IMG/VR virus record: IMGVR_UViG_3300037423_000600
Coordinates: 41,102 to 105,101 of that record
Reading direction: 5' to 3' (one strand)
DNA length: 64,000 bases
From: a virus
Numbering within the stretch: the stretch's first letter is position 1; each line of letters opens with the position of its first letter. Of this stretch, positions 47,927 to 57,716 are shown piece after piece. The notes under the pieces were generated by a model, which had not been told where the DNA came from, ran no database searches, and was given only the letters and a program-made list of their open reading frames with translations. The position numbers and the translations under genes were made by a program.

Positions 47927-48370
47927 ATGAACGATATGATTATCCGCGTGAAGTGGAAACCGGAAGATGTTAGCAGTAAACGGGATGTGGCTTGGCAAAG
48001 GAAGTATGTTGCCGATCATATCCGGTCGGCTTTAGAGGCCTACGGTTCCCGCATTGAGATTGACAAAGGCTTTATTGAAGATGCGGTAGTATTCAGCTAT
48101 GAGGACTTGGGTGATTACCCCGAGGAAGCCCACGGTGATATTCTTGAATTAATTGAGGATGTGAAATCTCAAATCGTTGAAGGGGCGGCCGGGGATGTAC
48201 CGACATTCCCTTGCGGCTACTGTAAGCATAGGTTCTATGCGGGAGAATTGGCGGCCAACGATGGGTACTGTCATTCGTGCGCAGAAGCCCGGCCACTTAC
48301 GGCGGAAGAGATTGAGGACGAGAAAGCTGATATTGAATACCACAGAAAACGGGAGGAAGATATGCTATGA
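47927..48370 (+). CDS. Zn-ribbon hypothetical protein
   Basis: CGYC...CHSC; RBS AAGGAGG. Confidence 0.7.
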   Translation: MNDMIIRVKWKPEDVSSKRDVAWQRKYVADHIRSALEAYGSRIEIDKGFIEDAVVFSYEDLGDYPEEAHGDILELIEDVKSQIVEGAAGDVPTFPCGYCKHRFYAGELAANDGYCHSCAEARPLTAEEIEDEKADIEYHRKREEDML

Positions 48371-49056
48371 GTAAAATTGACTTGGGAGTTCACTATGCTA
48401 TAACCACGTTGCGTAAGACCGTTGACACCTTATGGGTGGACAAAGAACAAGTTCGTTCCAACCCCGCCGCCAACTTCGAGTATGTGAGGGAGAAACATAA
48501 CATTATTGCTCAGGACCCGGTGAGTCTCGATACGGTTTTAGGCCAGCGTATTAAGGAGTTGGAAAAAGCACTCAACCTATTTTCCATCTTCGGCGGCTAC
48601 GTAGTAGAGGGTGCGGGCCCGGGGGAACAGATATTTACTACCAAGGAGGACCTCGACAAATATTTTGAGTCTTTAGAGGACCTTAGTGATATTGGCGAGT
48701 ATACGGTTTACCCGCTATTCAACGCCCGGTATGGTATCGAAGTGGAACGGGAATACGGGCGGGACGATATCACAATCAGTAGTCGTCATTCCTCCACGGA
48801 GGAGGAAAAGTACGACCTCTTTTGGACTAGAGAAGGCCGGGACACCCAAGAAAACCGCGACCTATCCGAGCGTGAGCTCCAAGATGAAATCGCGGAACTC
48901 CTTTCGGACGGCATCTGTCACGAAGATATTTGGGTGGAAAAGAAGATTACGCAATCCATCGGCTTTAGGATTGATGGGGAACCTGTGGTTCGCGTAACTT
49001 ATACGGAAATTCCGGCGGAGCCTAAAACCGCAACCGAGGAGGTAGACAAGTTTTGA
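48367..49056 (+). CDS. Acidic hypothetical protein
   Basis: ATGA overlap. Confidence 0.7.
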   Translation: MSKIDLGVHYAITTLRKTVDTLWVDKEQVRSNPAANFEYVREKHNIIAQDPVSLDTVLGQRIKELEKALNLFSIFGGYVVEGAGPGEQIFTTKEDLDKYFESLEDLSDIGEYTVYPLFNARYGIEVEREYGRDDITISSRHSSTEEEKYDLFWTREGRDTQENRDLSERELQDEIAELLSDGICHEDIWVEKKITQSIGFRIDGEPVVRVTYTEIPAEPKTATEEVDKF

Positions 49057-49454
49057 ATCGGCCTTTAGCAGTAGGAGACAAAATCTTCGTTAAGCCTGTA
49101 GGAAACAACGCCCGCGGAGGAAATTCAAAAGTTGAAGAATGGGAAGTGAAAGTTGTCGGCCGTAAGTATATTACGGCCGGACGGCCGGAGGAAACCGTTA
49201 GGTGGAGCGTTAAATTCTACCGCTGGGATGCTCCCGACTTTCCACTTCGTCAAGTAACCGAGTATTCACCTGACTGGCAAGTTTATTACGACCTTCAGCA
49301 CATCATGGATGAGCAGGAATACGCTACACTCCTCCGCGAAATTCGTTCCGCCATTTCCCCGGGCGGCGGGTACAGTAAACCTAGCCTTACTCTCAAGCAA
49401 CTTCGGTGCATAAAGCACATTATTGATGTAGGCGACAGCTTCTATCTTTCATAA
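49053..49454 (+). CDS. SH3-like beta-barrel hypothetical protein
   Basis: VGDKIFV...VKVVGRKYI. Confidence 0.65.
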   Translation: MNRPLAVGDKIFVKPVGNNARGGNSKVEEWEVKVVGRKYITAGRPEETVRWSVKFYRWDAPDFPLRQVTEYSPDWQVYYDLQHIMDEQEYATLLREIRSAISPGGGYSKPSLTLKQLRCIKHIIDVGDSFYLS

Positions 49455-49553
49455 CCATTATTTGAGGGAGGACAAAAAGTTCTCCCTCGTTTTCTTTTAT
49501 GGTATATAATAGGTATAGGAAGGGAGGGAACCCAACCGGAGGAGGAACCGCCT

Positions 49554-49817
49554 ATGGCCTATAATCCATACGCAACTATCAGCACCAAGCATATCGACAA
49601 ATTGTTGGACCAGAAAACGAAAATGGCGGCACAGCTTGAGAAGGAAATTGCTATGCTCAAGGAACGGAAAGCAGAAATCGAACGCTTCAAGGCATCCGGC
49701 GGAACCCGGGATACCGAGTTTTCCGTCAGTATAGGCGAGAGGTTAGGTGAATTATTGCATGTTCGAGGGCTTCGCACCACGGCCAAACATGACGGGCTTT
49801 ACGTCCATCCCGAATGA
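49554..49817 (+). CDS. Hypothetical protein
   Basis: RBS GGAGGAGG; upstream CTCG-N15-TATAAT promoter. Confidence 0.65.
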   Translation: MAYNPYATISTKHIDKLLDQKTKMAAQLEKEIAMLKERKAEIERFKASGGTRDTEFSVSIGERLGELLHVRGLRTTAKHDGLYVHPE

Positions 49818-50640
49818 ATTTTTCCGGGCGGATGTGTTGTCGGAACTAAAGGAGGCCGAGCTTAAAATCCTGCTGGCTACCTTTAGAAAAACCTACGGGT
49901 GGATTGACCGTATCGAAAACGGTCAGGTGGTTTACAAGCTGGAAGATGACATTTCCTATTCGCAGTACCGGGAAATGACGGGGTTATCCGATGCGTCAAT
50001 AGCCTCCGCCCTTAAGAAGCTGATTCAAAAGGGCTACATGACGCGGGTTAAGCTTGGAAATCAGAGCGGCCAATCATCCCGGTATAAAATACGTATAAAG
50101 GGAGAATCACCGGATGAATGGAACGAATTGGACTCCGACGAAAGTACAGGAATTAGCGAAACGATTGGGAGTGAACATCCAACGGTATCAGGCGGAGATG
50201 CTTTCACTCCTGATGAACTCTTCGGAAGAAAAAAGACGGGGGCTCCGGAGCCCCGTAAAGGTAAAGGCTCCTACACCGCAAGAATCGCTTCTGTATGGAA
50301 AGATTCTTGCCGCCGCAAAGGATTCGGGTCGTACGCCCAAGCGTTAACCAACCGGGACCTCAAGCATGTGAAGGATTTGGTGGCGGCGTACGACGAAGAA
50401 ACGGTTCTTAAGGCGACGGAATTTTTCGTAATGAATTTCAAGGCTATCGCAGAAAACCTTGGTATTACGTCCGGCGAACCAACCCTTCCCGTCTTGTGGG
50501 GCTTTAGGGCCTCCATCTTCCCAATGGCTAAAACGGGAGTCATCGGCTTTCAGCGTCCGGCGGCCACCAAGAATAAACAGACCCGCGAGTTCAACGAGAA
50601 TAAATTTGGCGGAGGAGGCGGAGACTTTTGGCAGACATAA
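49759..50640 (+). CDS. Replication initiator (O-like winged helix)
   Basis: FT.IPN, RKTYGW, IS.SQ..EMTGLS...I..ALK.L...G; upstream of DnaC. Confidence 0.8.
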   Translation: MFEGFAPRPNMTGFTSIPNEFFRADVLSELKEAELKILLATFRKTYGWIDRIENGQVVYKLEDDISYSQYREMTGLSDASIASALKKLIQKGYMTRVKLGNQSGQSSRYKIRIKGESPDEWNELDSDESTGISETIGSEHPTVSGGDAFTPDELFGRKKTGAPEPRKGKGSYTARIASVWKDSCRRKGFGSYAQALTNRDLKHVKDLVAAYDEETVLKATEFFVMNFKAIAENLGITSGEPTLPVLWGFRASIFPMAKTGVIGFQRPAATKNKQTREFNENKFGGGGGDFWQT

Positions 50641-51338
50641 TCCTCGACCCCCGAACCCTTCTCAAGTGCGGCATCATGGAGGAATACCACGACAAGGACT
50701 TCAACGATTACTACGGGTATATCGGGAAGTGGCGTGAGTTGGTTTCGATGATTAACGCATGGAATGAGGCCCACCCGAACGATGCAATTTATCTGGACTA
50801 CGAGGCGGCGGCGGAAATCCTCAAGAAGGTTGCACAGTACGCGGCGGAAATTGAACGGGCGAAGCGGAAGGGCCTCTCCATTATCCTCGCGGGGAGTAAC
50901 GGCACCGGGAAAACTTTACTCGCGGTGTCCATTCTAAAGCGGGCGATTCGGAAAGGATTCACCGCGCAGATGGCCTCTTTAGGCGGCATCATTCAAATGT
51001 ATACGGATGGCTGGAGTGACTCGCATAAGCGGGTCCTCTTTGATGAGCGGGTGAAAAACGTAGACTTCCTGATGATTGATGATGTCGGGAAGGAATATCA
51101 GGCCAAGAACTCGGACCTCACGGAGGTTATGTTCGATAACCTGATTCGGTACCGGGTGGGGCGGCGGAAGCCCTTCATATTGACCACCAACACTTCGGCC
51201 TCGGATATGAAGAACCGTTACGGCAATTCCCTGATGTCTCTTCTCTCCGGGAAGTGCCTCGCGGTGCAGATGGTCGGAGAGGATTACCGCAAGGCGATTC
51301 AAAATAAAAATCTATGGGATGAATTATCCCGCGACTAA
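50628..51338 (+). CDS. DnaC/IstB-like helicase loader
   Basis: GSNGTGKT, LMIDDVGKE, ILTTN. Confidence 0.9.
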   Translation: MADIILDPRTLLKCGIMEEYHDKDFNDYYGYIGKWRELVSMINAWNEAHPNDAIYLDYEAAAEILKKVAQYAAEIERAKRKGLSIILAGSNGTGKTLLAVSILKRAIRKGFTAQMASLGGIIQMYTDGWSDSHKRVLFDERVKNVDFLMIDDVGKEYQAKNSDLTEVMFDNLIRYRVGRRKPFILTTNTSASDMKNRYGNSLMSLLSGKCLAVQMVGEDYRKAIQNKNLWDELSRD

Positions 51339-51356
51339 TAAAGGAGACTTGAACCC

Positions 51357-51827
51357 ATGAGACAAACGGATAATGAGCAAGTCATGAACGCAGGGAAAAC
51401 CTATATTTTGATTATCGACCGTCAAGGTTCTGTCCTTCCGGCCGGGGCGGAACGGTTTACCTTCAAGCATTTCAGCCACCCTTCGGATGTCATACCCTAT
51501 GTGGCCGATATGAGTCGAGGAGGAGGTAAGGTACACAAAATCGTCCAGATGGACGCGATGGCGACCGACCCGGTGCCTATGGAAATCCGCTTCGAGGGCG
51601 GAAAGCTGGTTCTAGTCGAAGTTCCGGTGGTCGGGGAATACAGACGTAAGCTTGAGGAGTACGAGAGTCGTGAACTCATCATCGAACTCTCCCGCCGTAA
51701 ATCGGTTGACCTATTTGAACTCGGGATGCCCGGCCTTTCGGATGACTCTGAAATGGTTATCGCGGTTCCGGGCGGGGAGAAGAAGATTGAAGGCCCCGCC
51801 AATGTACTCGTCTGTTATCAATATTAG
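51357..51827 (+). CDS. Hypothetical protein
   Basis: RBS AAGGAG; terminator follows. Confidence 0.7.
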   Translation: MRQTDNEQVMNAGKTYILIIDRQGSVLPAGAERFTFKHFSHPSDVIPYVADMSRGGGKVHKIVQMDAMATDPVPMEIRFEGGKLVLVEVPVVGEYRRKLEEYESRELIIELSRRKSVDLFELGMPGLSDDSEMVIAVPGGEKKIEGPANVLVCYQY

Positions 51828-51869
51828 GAAAGGGGGATTCGTCCTCCTTTTCTTTTATTTTGGACTACT

Positions 51870-51907
51870 ATCGTTCTTCGATTCCGGTTATAATACTTAT
51901 ATCAGGT
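51870..51907 (+). promoter_or_regulatory. Conserved phage promoter
   Basis: ATCG-N15-TATAAT-ACTTATATCAGGT. Confidence 0.85.
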
Positions 51908-51923
51908 CAAAGGAGGGGTTACG

Positions 51924-52232
51924 GTGGCAATCAAAAGTAAGAAGTGTGTCGCCTCGGCTTTAGGTATCTATGGAAAGACAGTTAACGCTACTTTGGAAGT
52001 TACCTCGAACCGTACAACAGTAGACTTTCCCGGCAAGCTCATTCCTCAAGTATCGGATACTCCGGTGAAGGAAGAAATTGATGGGCTTCGGATTTTCCAG
52101 CCCGCGATGCACTATGAAGATAGTTCTTTCCCCGAGCGAGAGGTATCTCTATCTAAAGCAGAGGCTCGGGAATTGTATGAGTTCTTGCATAATATCTACG
52201 CCAAGGAGGATAACCAAGATGCCGCGAAATAA
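51924..52232 (+). CDS. Hypothetical protein
   Basis: RBS AAGGAGG, GTG start. Confidence 0.7.
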   Translation: MAIKSKKCVASALGIYGKTVNATLEVTSNRTTVDFPGKLIPQVSDTPVKEEIDGLRIFQPAMHYEDSSFPEREVSLSKAEARELYEFLHNIYAKEDNQDAAK

Positions 52233-52530
52233 GGATACCCATAACGTAGTGGAGCCGTTCGTCAATCAATTCATGGATACGCACCGGACGGAAATCATTT
52301 CGATTCTGAAAACTTGGAAGAGAACCAGCATCCTTGCTAAAACCGCCCCGGCGGAGGTTTTAGAGGTTATGTACGCCACGGAGTCGTTCTCCGGCATGTA
52401 TATGAATGGCGGCCTCCAAGCGTTTCTCCCGCGTATGCTCGGGAAGCATGTGGCTAAAGCCATTTATGATCGCATTGAAGAGGAAATCGGAAAACTCCTT
52501 GATGAAGTAGACGGGATGGTGACCGTATGA
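52219..52530 (+). CDS. Hypothetical protein
   Basis: RBS AAGGAGG. Confidence 0.7.
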   Translation: MPRNKDTHNVVEPFVNQFMDTHRTEIISILKTWKRTSILAKTAPAEVLEVMYATESFSGMYMNGGLQAFLPRMLGKHVAKAIYDRIEEEIGKLLDEVDGMVTV

Positions 52531-52712
52531 ATAACTTAACTCGGAAGTTCGTTCTATCTAACGGCTCCACGTTGATTCAAGGGGTAGGCGGCTTTTGGTT
52601 CCTGCAAGAAGGCCCTGCCCGCCCTATTCAAATCTCCGCGTGGGAGGCGGCCAACATGCTGGCGGACTTGGTGGAGGCGGCGACGAAGCTTCATGAAGAA
52701 CATCAACTATGA
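52527..52712 (+). CDS. Hypothetical protein
   Basis: ATGA overlap. Confidence 0.6.
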   Translation: MNNLTRKFVLSNGSTLIQGVGGFWFLQEGPARPIQISAWEAANMLADLVEAATKLHEEHQL

Positions 52713-53226
52713 CTCCATCTCCGTTGACGTAGGGTGTCGCGGCGGCAACCCCGGACTCATTGAGTACCGGGGTGTCGATACCTATACCGGGGAAACCATT
52801 TTCCAGCGGGAACCTATCGGCCACGGGACGAACAATCTGGGCGAGTTCTTGGCTATCGTTCACGGCCTCGCCTTTCTGAAAAAGCAGAGGAGTAACCGGG
52901 CCCTGTACAGCGATTCATTAAATGCGATTCGGTGGGTTGAAGAAAAGAGGGTAACCTCCAACCTCCGGCGGAACGCGGACACGGCAAAGATTTGGTCTTT
53001 AGTCGATACCGCGTTACTCTGGCTGGAAACCAATACGTACAATACCGAAGTCCTCTATTGGGAAACCGAGCTATGGGGAGAAATTAAAGCCGATTACGGG
53101 CGGAAGGGGAAGAAGAAACGTGGAAGTAGTACAAAACATGGAGAAGCTTTGGGGGACGCTGATTCCCCGGGAAACGAGTTATACGGGGCTCCGGCAACCG
53201 AAGTTTCTGGACCAAGTGAGGGTTAA
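52693..53226 (+). CDS. rnhA: Ribonuclease HI (Bacillus halodurans-type catalytic domain)
   Basis: SVDVG...GNPG..EYRGVD, GTNN.GEFLAIVHGL, YSDS, EIKADYGRK. Confidence 0.92.
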   Translation: MKNINYDSISVDVGCRGGNPGLIEYRGVDTYTGETIFQREPIGHGTNNLGEFLAIVHGLAFLKKQRSNRALYSDSLNAIRWVEEKRVTSNLRRNADTAKIWSLVDTALLWLETNTYNTEVLYWETELWGEIKADYGRKGKKKRGSSTKHGEALGDADSPGNELYGAPATEVSGPSEG

Positions 53227-53584
53227 GGCATTCGTTACATCTTTCCCGCTGAACTTGGCCTATAGGCAACGGCCCGGATTGCATTGGGATGAAGAGGCTA
53301 TCGAGTACGCAAGACAATCCTTTGATATGAAGCAACTTCCGAATGCGGTCCGGCTTATGGTGCGGGAGGAAAATAAGAAACCTGATAAGGTCTACCACGT
53401 TATCAGTTTCGTAACCAAATGCGAAGGTGAGATATGGAAAGGCGGCGGGCGGGGAGAAGATTACGAGCCGACTACTTTCACCCAACGCCGCCAGCATAAG
53501 GTGGCTATCGTCGCTAGTGAACTTGGGGAAGAACGAATGGTGTTGCTCACAGATGTAGAATACCTCCACTCGGAAGGAGAATAG
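53120..53584 (+). CDS. Hypothetical protein
   Basis: Fills gap; start uncertain. Confidence 0.6.
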   Translation: MEVVQNMEKLWGTLIPRETSYTGLRQPKFLDQVRVKAFVTSFPLNLAYRQRPGLHWDEEAIEYARQSFDMKQLPNAVRLMVREENKKPDKVYHVISFVTKCEGEIWKGGGRGEDYEPTTFTQRRQHKVAIVASELGEERMVLLTDVEYLHSEGE

Positions 53585-53586
53585 CC

Positions 53587-53889
53587 ATGGAAAAGACGAG
53601 CCACATGTTGAAACTGGAGGCGGCCGGGATTAAGATTTACAAAATCCGCTTTAGGATGGTCCATACGTACCGTGGAAAGGTTCGGTTTGAGGATACCTTC
53701 GAGAAGGTAATTATCGACAATGAAGAATCGGCCCGGACAGAATTTCACGATGCGACCCAACGGCTCAAGAACCACGAATGTATGCGCGGATACTCCGGTT
53801 TCGCAGAACTGATTCACCCGCATATCTTTGAATCCGGCGGGTTGGCCTATTGGGGCGAAACCTTGGACCGATACGACATAAAGGAGTAA
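53587..53889 (+). CDS. Hypothetical protein
   Basis: RBS AAGGAG. Confidence 0.7.
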   Translation: MEKTSHMLKLEAAGIKIYKIRFRMVHTYRGKVRFEDTFEKVIIDNEESARTEFHDATQRLKNHECMRGYSGFAELIHPHIFESGGLAYWGETLDRYDIKE

Positions 53890-53892
53890 TGT

Positions 53893-54321
53893 ATGAAACA
53901 CGGTGATATCTCCAACCAACCTGCACCAGTTATCTTAATCGACGTTCGGCTTATATTGGAGAAGAGGCGGGAGGGGCTAAAGGGGTTGTTTAAAAAGAAA
54001 CTGTTCCTTCTCCCCGGGGCCCGAAATTGCCTGTATTACATCTTTAGGGAAGGCATTGAAGTTTGGCTTGTCATTCCACCTAACTCCGGCCTTTCTTATC
54101 AAGAGGTACGCGATTTTTTGGAAGGGGATGCCCATATCCAGTATAACGAGCTTGTGGAACTGGACTCTACCGGACTCAACGTGGATATGTATCTTCGTCT
54201 TGACTACTTTCATGGGTTCTATCATACTTACGAGGGCGTTCCGACAACTCAGTACGCGCCGAAGTCCAAACATAAAGCCATTAGCAAAATTAACGACATC
54301 TTCTATTTTCTTAAGGGGTGA
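53893..54321 (+). CDS. Hypothetical replication-region protein
   Basis: MKHGDISN N-terminus; RBS AAGGAG. Confidence 0.65.
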   Translation: MKHGDISNQPAPVILIDVRLILEKRREGLKGLFKKKLFLLPGARNCLYYIFREGIEVWLVIPPNSGLSYQEVRDFLEGDAHIQYNELVELDSTGLNVDMYLRLDYFHGFYHTYEGVPTTQYAPKSKHKAISKINDIFYFLKG

Positions 54322-54533
54322 TTCTAATGCAACCACTACCAGATGGTCTTTATCCGGTATATTTAAAGGACGGGAGGATTTACCCGGTGGGACTCACCGC
54401 CGAACAGTATGAGATTTGGAAAATCTCTACGCGCCTACTCCCCGGCAAAATTCATGTATTTTTCGACAAGCCTATGGGTGAAGCAGTAAATCTAGTGGAG
54501 GCGAATAAGAATGGCGGAGCAGGCAAATCTTGA
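54318..54533 (+). CDS. Hypothetical protein
   Basis: Overlap-coupled to neighbours. Confidence 0.6.
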   Translation: MILMQPLPDGLYPVYLKDGRIYPVGLTAEQYEIWKISTRLLPGKIHVFFDKPMGEAVNLVEANKNGGAGKS

Positions 54534-55818
54534 TATCGAGTTAGGGTTAATCTCGGCGGTACTCGATGACGGCAACATGAAGGTTCCGGTGCAGAAGAAA
54601 ATCCGGGACCAGTTCTTCATGAAGCAGGAAAACAAAGACGTGTGGAACTTCATCTGGGACCACAACTTGCAGTACAAGAAGCCTCCGGAATTGGCGGCGG
54701 TCCAGCGGAAATTCCCCGACTTTAGGCCCATCATCACAGGAGAGCCGATAGAGTACTTCATCAGCGAACTCCAAACCCGGCAGAAGTACAACATGATTCT
54801 CCGAGGCATTCAGCAGGTCGGGCAGGAACTTGAAGGGCGGAACGTGCTGTCGGCGGAGAAGCTTCTGACTCAAATCGTCAGCCGGATTAATACGGAGGTC
54901 AACGTCACGGAGGATACGCTGTGGAATGAGGATGTCGAAGCCCGGAAAGAACGGCTCCTCCTTAAGATGCAGTTCCAAGGGGTAGACGGTATATCCTACG
55001 GTATCGACGAAATGGATAACGTGACAGGCGGTATGCACCCCGGGGAACTCATTACCGTGGTCGCTAAATCCGGTGTCGGTAAAACGTATTTTGAAATCGC
55101 TAATATTGTCCGGCCGTGTCTGGAAGCGGGGTCCGATGTTCTCTTCATTTCCCGTGAAATGATGGGCTGGCAAATCGAACAACGGATGGACGCGATTATG
55201 GCGGAAATCCCTTCGGATAACTTGAAGCTGGGGCGGGTGACGGAGGACGAGAAGAACCGCTACTTCGAGTGGCTGGATTCCTTGAAGGACCAACCTTTAG
55301 GCCGACTCATTGTTTCGTCGGATGATGAAAACGGCTTCGGCCTCGCCGCCCTGCAAGCGAAAATCCAACAGCACCTACCGGAAGGCGGGGTTGTTATCGT
55401 AGACGGTTCCTACCTCTTGGATGATGACGATGCCGGGAAGGGACAACGGAGCGATTGGCAGAAGATTGTCGCCATTACCCGGGGCCTCAAACGGATGGCC
55501 CGCCGGATGAAGGTCACCATCGTCCAATCCTCGCAGATGGGCCGGGGGCAGAAACGGGGAAGCTACGGAAATGCCGATGCGGTATCCTTCTCCTCGTCCT
55601 TCGAGCAGGACTCGGACGTGATGTGGGAATTGTTTCAGACGGAGGAAATGGTTGCGTCCGGGAAGATGGGGGTCCATGGTTTAAAGATTCGGGAAGGCGA
55701 TAAGCCGACGCTGATTCTCCACTGGAACTTCGACACCATGCGTGACTTCGGTAAACTGGCGGCCAACGCGACGGACTTCCCGCCGGAAGGTGAAGAAGAT
55801 GAAATCATCATCGCGTAA
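54511..55818 (+). CDS. dnaB: DnaB-like replicative helicase
   Basis: AKSGVGKT, FISREM, IVDG.YL, SQ, EQDSD motifs. Confidence 0.92.
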   Translation: MAEQANLDIELGLISAVLDDGNMKVPVQKKIRDQFFMKQENKDVWNFIWDHNLQYKKPPELAAVQRKFPDFRPIITGEPIEYFISELQTRQKYNMILRGIQQVGQELEGRNVLSAEKLLTQIVSRINTEVNVTEDTLWNEDVEARKERLLLKMQFQGVDGISYGIDEMDNVTGGMHPGELITVVAKSGVGKTYFEIANIVRPCLEAGSDVLFISREMMGWQIEQRMDAIMAEIPSDNLKLGRVTEDEKNRYFEWLDSLKDQPLGRLIVSSDDENGFGLAALQAKIQQHLPEGGVVIVDGSYLLDDDDAGKGQRSDWQKIVAITRGLKRMARRMKVTIVQSSQMGRGQKRGSYGNADAVSFSSSFEQDSDVMWELFQTEEMVASGKMGVHGLKIREGDKPTLILHWNFDTMRDFGKLAANATDFPPEGEEDEIIIA

Positions 55819-55867
55819 TGCGTTTCTCCAAAACGACGAACGGCTTGGGAAGGTCCACCAGTACAAT

Positions 55868-56029
55868 ATGCACGACTTCCTTGACCTTAAGGAGATTACT
55901 ACTCGGAAGGACCATGAGTGCTTTTACTGCGACACTCCCCTTCCGGCGGGGACCCGATGCCGGGCGGCAAACGGCCGATACAACGGGAAGTATTACAGCT
56001 ATCACGAATGCCTGAAATGTCCGGAATAA
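55868..56029 (+). CDS. Small Zn-ribbon protein
   Basis: RK.HEC.YC...G....C..C; start uncertain. Confidence 0.5.
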   Translation: MHDFLDLKEITTRKDHECFYCDTPLPAGTRCRAANGRYNGKYYSYHECLKCPE

Positions 56030-56178
56030 AACAAAGAACCCGTTGGGGCACTACGCCAACGGGTTCTGTGCTATCTAAAACCGATTACTGGTTCAAGGTG
56101 TCCACCGACCCTCCATCACTAAGGTATCTATGTGAACGTTCCTTCCCGGCTATGGGCTTTAGTTAGCTTGTCCTGTGA
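56028..56178 (-). ncRNA. Candidate minus-strand sRNA
   Basis: Minus-strand TG-N-TATAGT at 56183-56191; AGAACCCGTTGG/CCAACGGGTTCT terminator with T tract. Confidence 0.55.
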
Positions 56179-56224
56179 TTTAACTATACCACAAAGTTCC
56201 ATCAAACCACAAATTTATTATTTT

Positions 56225-56262
56225 ATCGTTTCTCGGTTCGGGTTATAATACTTATATCAGGT
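56225..56262 (+). promoter_or_regulatory. Conserved phage promoter
   Basis: ATCG-N15-TATAAT-ACTTATATCAGGT. Confidence 0.85.
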
Positions 56263-56278
56263 ATAGGGAGGTATTCAA

Positions 56279-56491
56279 ATGGGGACGAAGATGGCAGTAA
56301 GCTTTCGGTTGTCGAATGATGAAGAAAGGGAATGGAATCTTGCCCGCACCGCGTTTTATCAAGCTCAACACAACTTCGATAACGCCGACCCGGAACATAT
56401 CGAAGCGGCGGTTTATCAGTTGAAGGCGGCGGAACTCCGGATGGATAACGCGTACCGAGCCCTTAAAAAGGCGCGAGGTGAACTGGCATGA
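56279..56491 (+). CDS. YaaL/DUF2508-like protein
   Basis: A...F..ADPEHIEAAVY.L.AAE.R pattern. Confidence 0.55.
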   Translation: MGTKMAVSFRLSNDEEREWNLARTAFYQAQHNFDNADPEHIEAAVYQLKAAELRMDNAYRALKKARGELA

Positions 56492-56949
56492 CGGTAGCGG
56501 AACTGGCTTATAAGTTAGAGAAACCTTTTGCGGTTGTCGTAAAGGTGAACGACCAAACCATGAAGCGGGAGTTCGATACGGAGGAAGAGGCCGCCGCTTT
56601 CCAGCAGGCCATACTCCTCAAGCTCCCCACCGCCGCCCCGGAAATCATCCGGCGGAAGGAAAAGGTACGCGGGCGGGACGGTCAAAAGGACTCGATAGCC
56701 TTTAGGCCCGTACTCGACCCGAAAACAGGCCAGCAGATGATAGGCGGCAACGGGAAGCCGATATTCAAGTGTATCCCGGTCCCTCCGAAGCGAGGGCATT
56801 TATTCTGCACTAATTGTCACGAGTATAAGGTTTTCTCTACCATTCGTACGCGGTATGATGATACATACCACGGATGTTCTGATTGCGGAATGTCGGTCAA
56901 TGACTTCGATATTAAAACGGCCAACGGGCTATGGGAAAGGATGAAGTAA
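56488..56949 (+). CDS. Zn-ribbon hypothetical protein
   Basis: CTNC...CSDCG.S..DF. Confidence 0.7.
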   Translation: MTVAELAYKLEKPFAVVVKVNDQTMKREFDTEEEAAAFQQAILLKLPTAAPEIIRRKEKVRGRDGQKDSIAFRPVLDPKTGQQMIGGNGKPIFKCIPVPPKRGHLFCTNCHEYKVFSTIRTRYDDTYHGCSDCGMSVNDFDIKTANGLWERMK

Positions 56950-56950
56950 G

Positions 56951-57184
56951 ATGGAAAACGACGGCTTTAGTTTAGAGGACTTCTTGGGTGAAGTTCAGAA
57001 ATTAGCTTCTTCCCGGCATTACGATAAACCTTGCTTGCGTGAATGGTTTGAGAATCACGGGCCGGATGGCGGAGGGTTTTGGGCTTGTATGAACGATCAT
57101 ACTGGATGCCTTTACAACGATGGGCATAACGAATGTATGGCAGGAGGGCACTCGAACAGCCCTTTGGATTCTAACGATGAATGA
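56951..57184 (+). CDS. Cys-rich hypothetical protein
   Basis: ORF packing. Confidence 0.55.
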   Translation: MENDGFSLEDFLGEVQKLASSRHYDKPCLREWFENHGPDGGGFWACMNDHTGCLYNDGHNECMAGGHSNSPLDSNDE

Positions 57185-57431
57185 CTTTCACCCGGAGCAT
57201 CTTCTCCTGATGGACGAGTGGCGGTACCTTTATACCAAGACCACTCAGAAGCCTGCCCCTCAAGTCACTTGGGATTATGGATGGTTCACGATTCATAATC
57301 ACAATTTACAGAAGCACCGCAAGCGGGACTTTATCAAGACGATTAAAGAACTTAGACGAAGGTGGTTTGAGATTCAAAATGCAAACGACGCGGCGCGAGA
57401 CGTTAACAATGGCGGTTCTGATTCTCATTAA
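57177..57431 (+). CDS. Hypothetical protein
   Basis: Overlap-coupled; start approximate. Confidence 0.5.
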   Translation: MNDFHPEHLLLMDEWRYLYTKTTQKPAPQVTWDYGWFTIHNHNLQKHRKRDFIKTIKELRRRWFEIQNANDAARDVNNGGSDSH

Positions 57432-57446
57432 TATCGGGGTGGTGTT

Positions 57447-57689
57447 ATGGTTCAGATAAAGGGCCGGGACATTCTCGTGGGGGATATCCGGCGGATAGAC
57501 TTTCTGGATACCTCGAAGCTAAAGGTCGAGTTCAAGGAGTATGAGCCTTTAGAGCCTTTCGTGACCTTCCTCGACCCGGCCGCCGGGCGGGAGGTCATGG
57601 TACGGGTAGATAAACCAACAGTAGCGGCGTTAGCCGGGCTCGGAATGAACGTTCATTTCCCGGGCGGAAAGGTGGCAGGCAAGAAATGA
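57447..57689 (+). CDS. Hypothetical protein
   Basis: RBS GGGGTGG. Confidence 0.6.
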   Translation: MVQIKGRDILVGDIRRIDFLDTSKLKVEFKEYEPLEPFVTFLDPAAGREVMVRVDKPTVAALAGLGMNVHFPGGKVAGKK

Positions 57690-57716
57690 AGAAACTAGGG
57701 TGGGTGCTTGTAGAAA

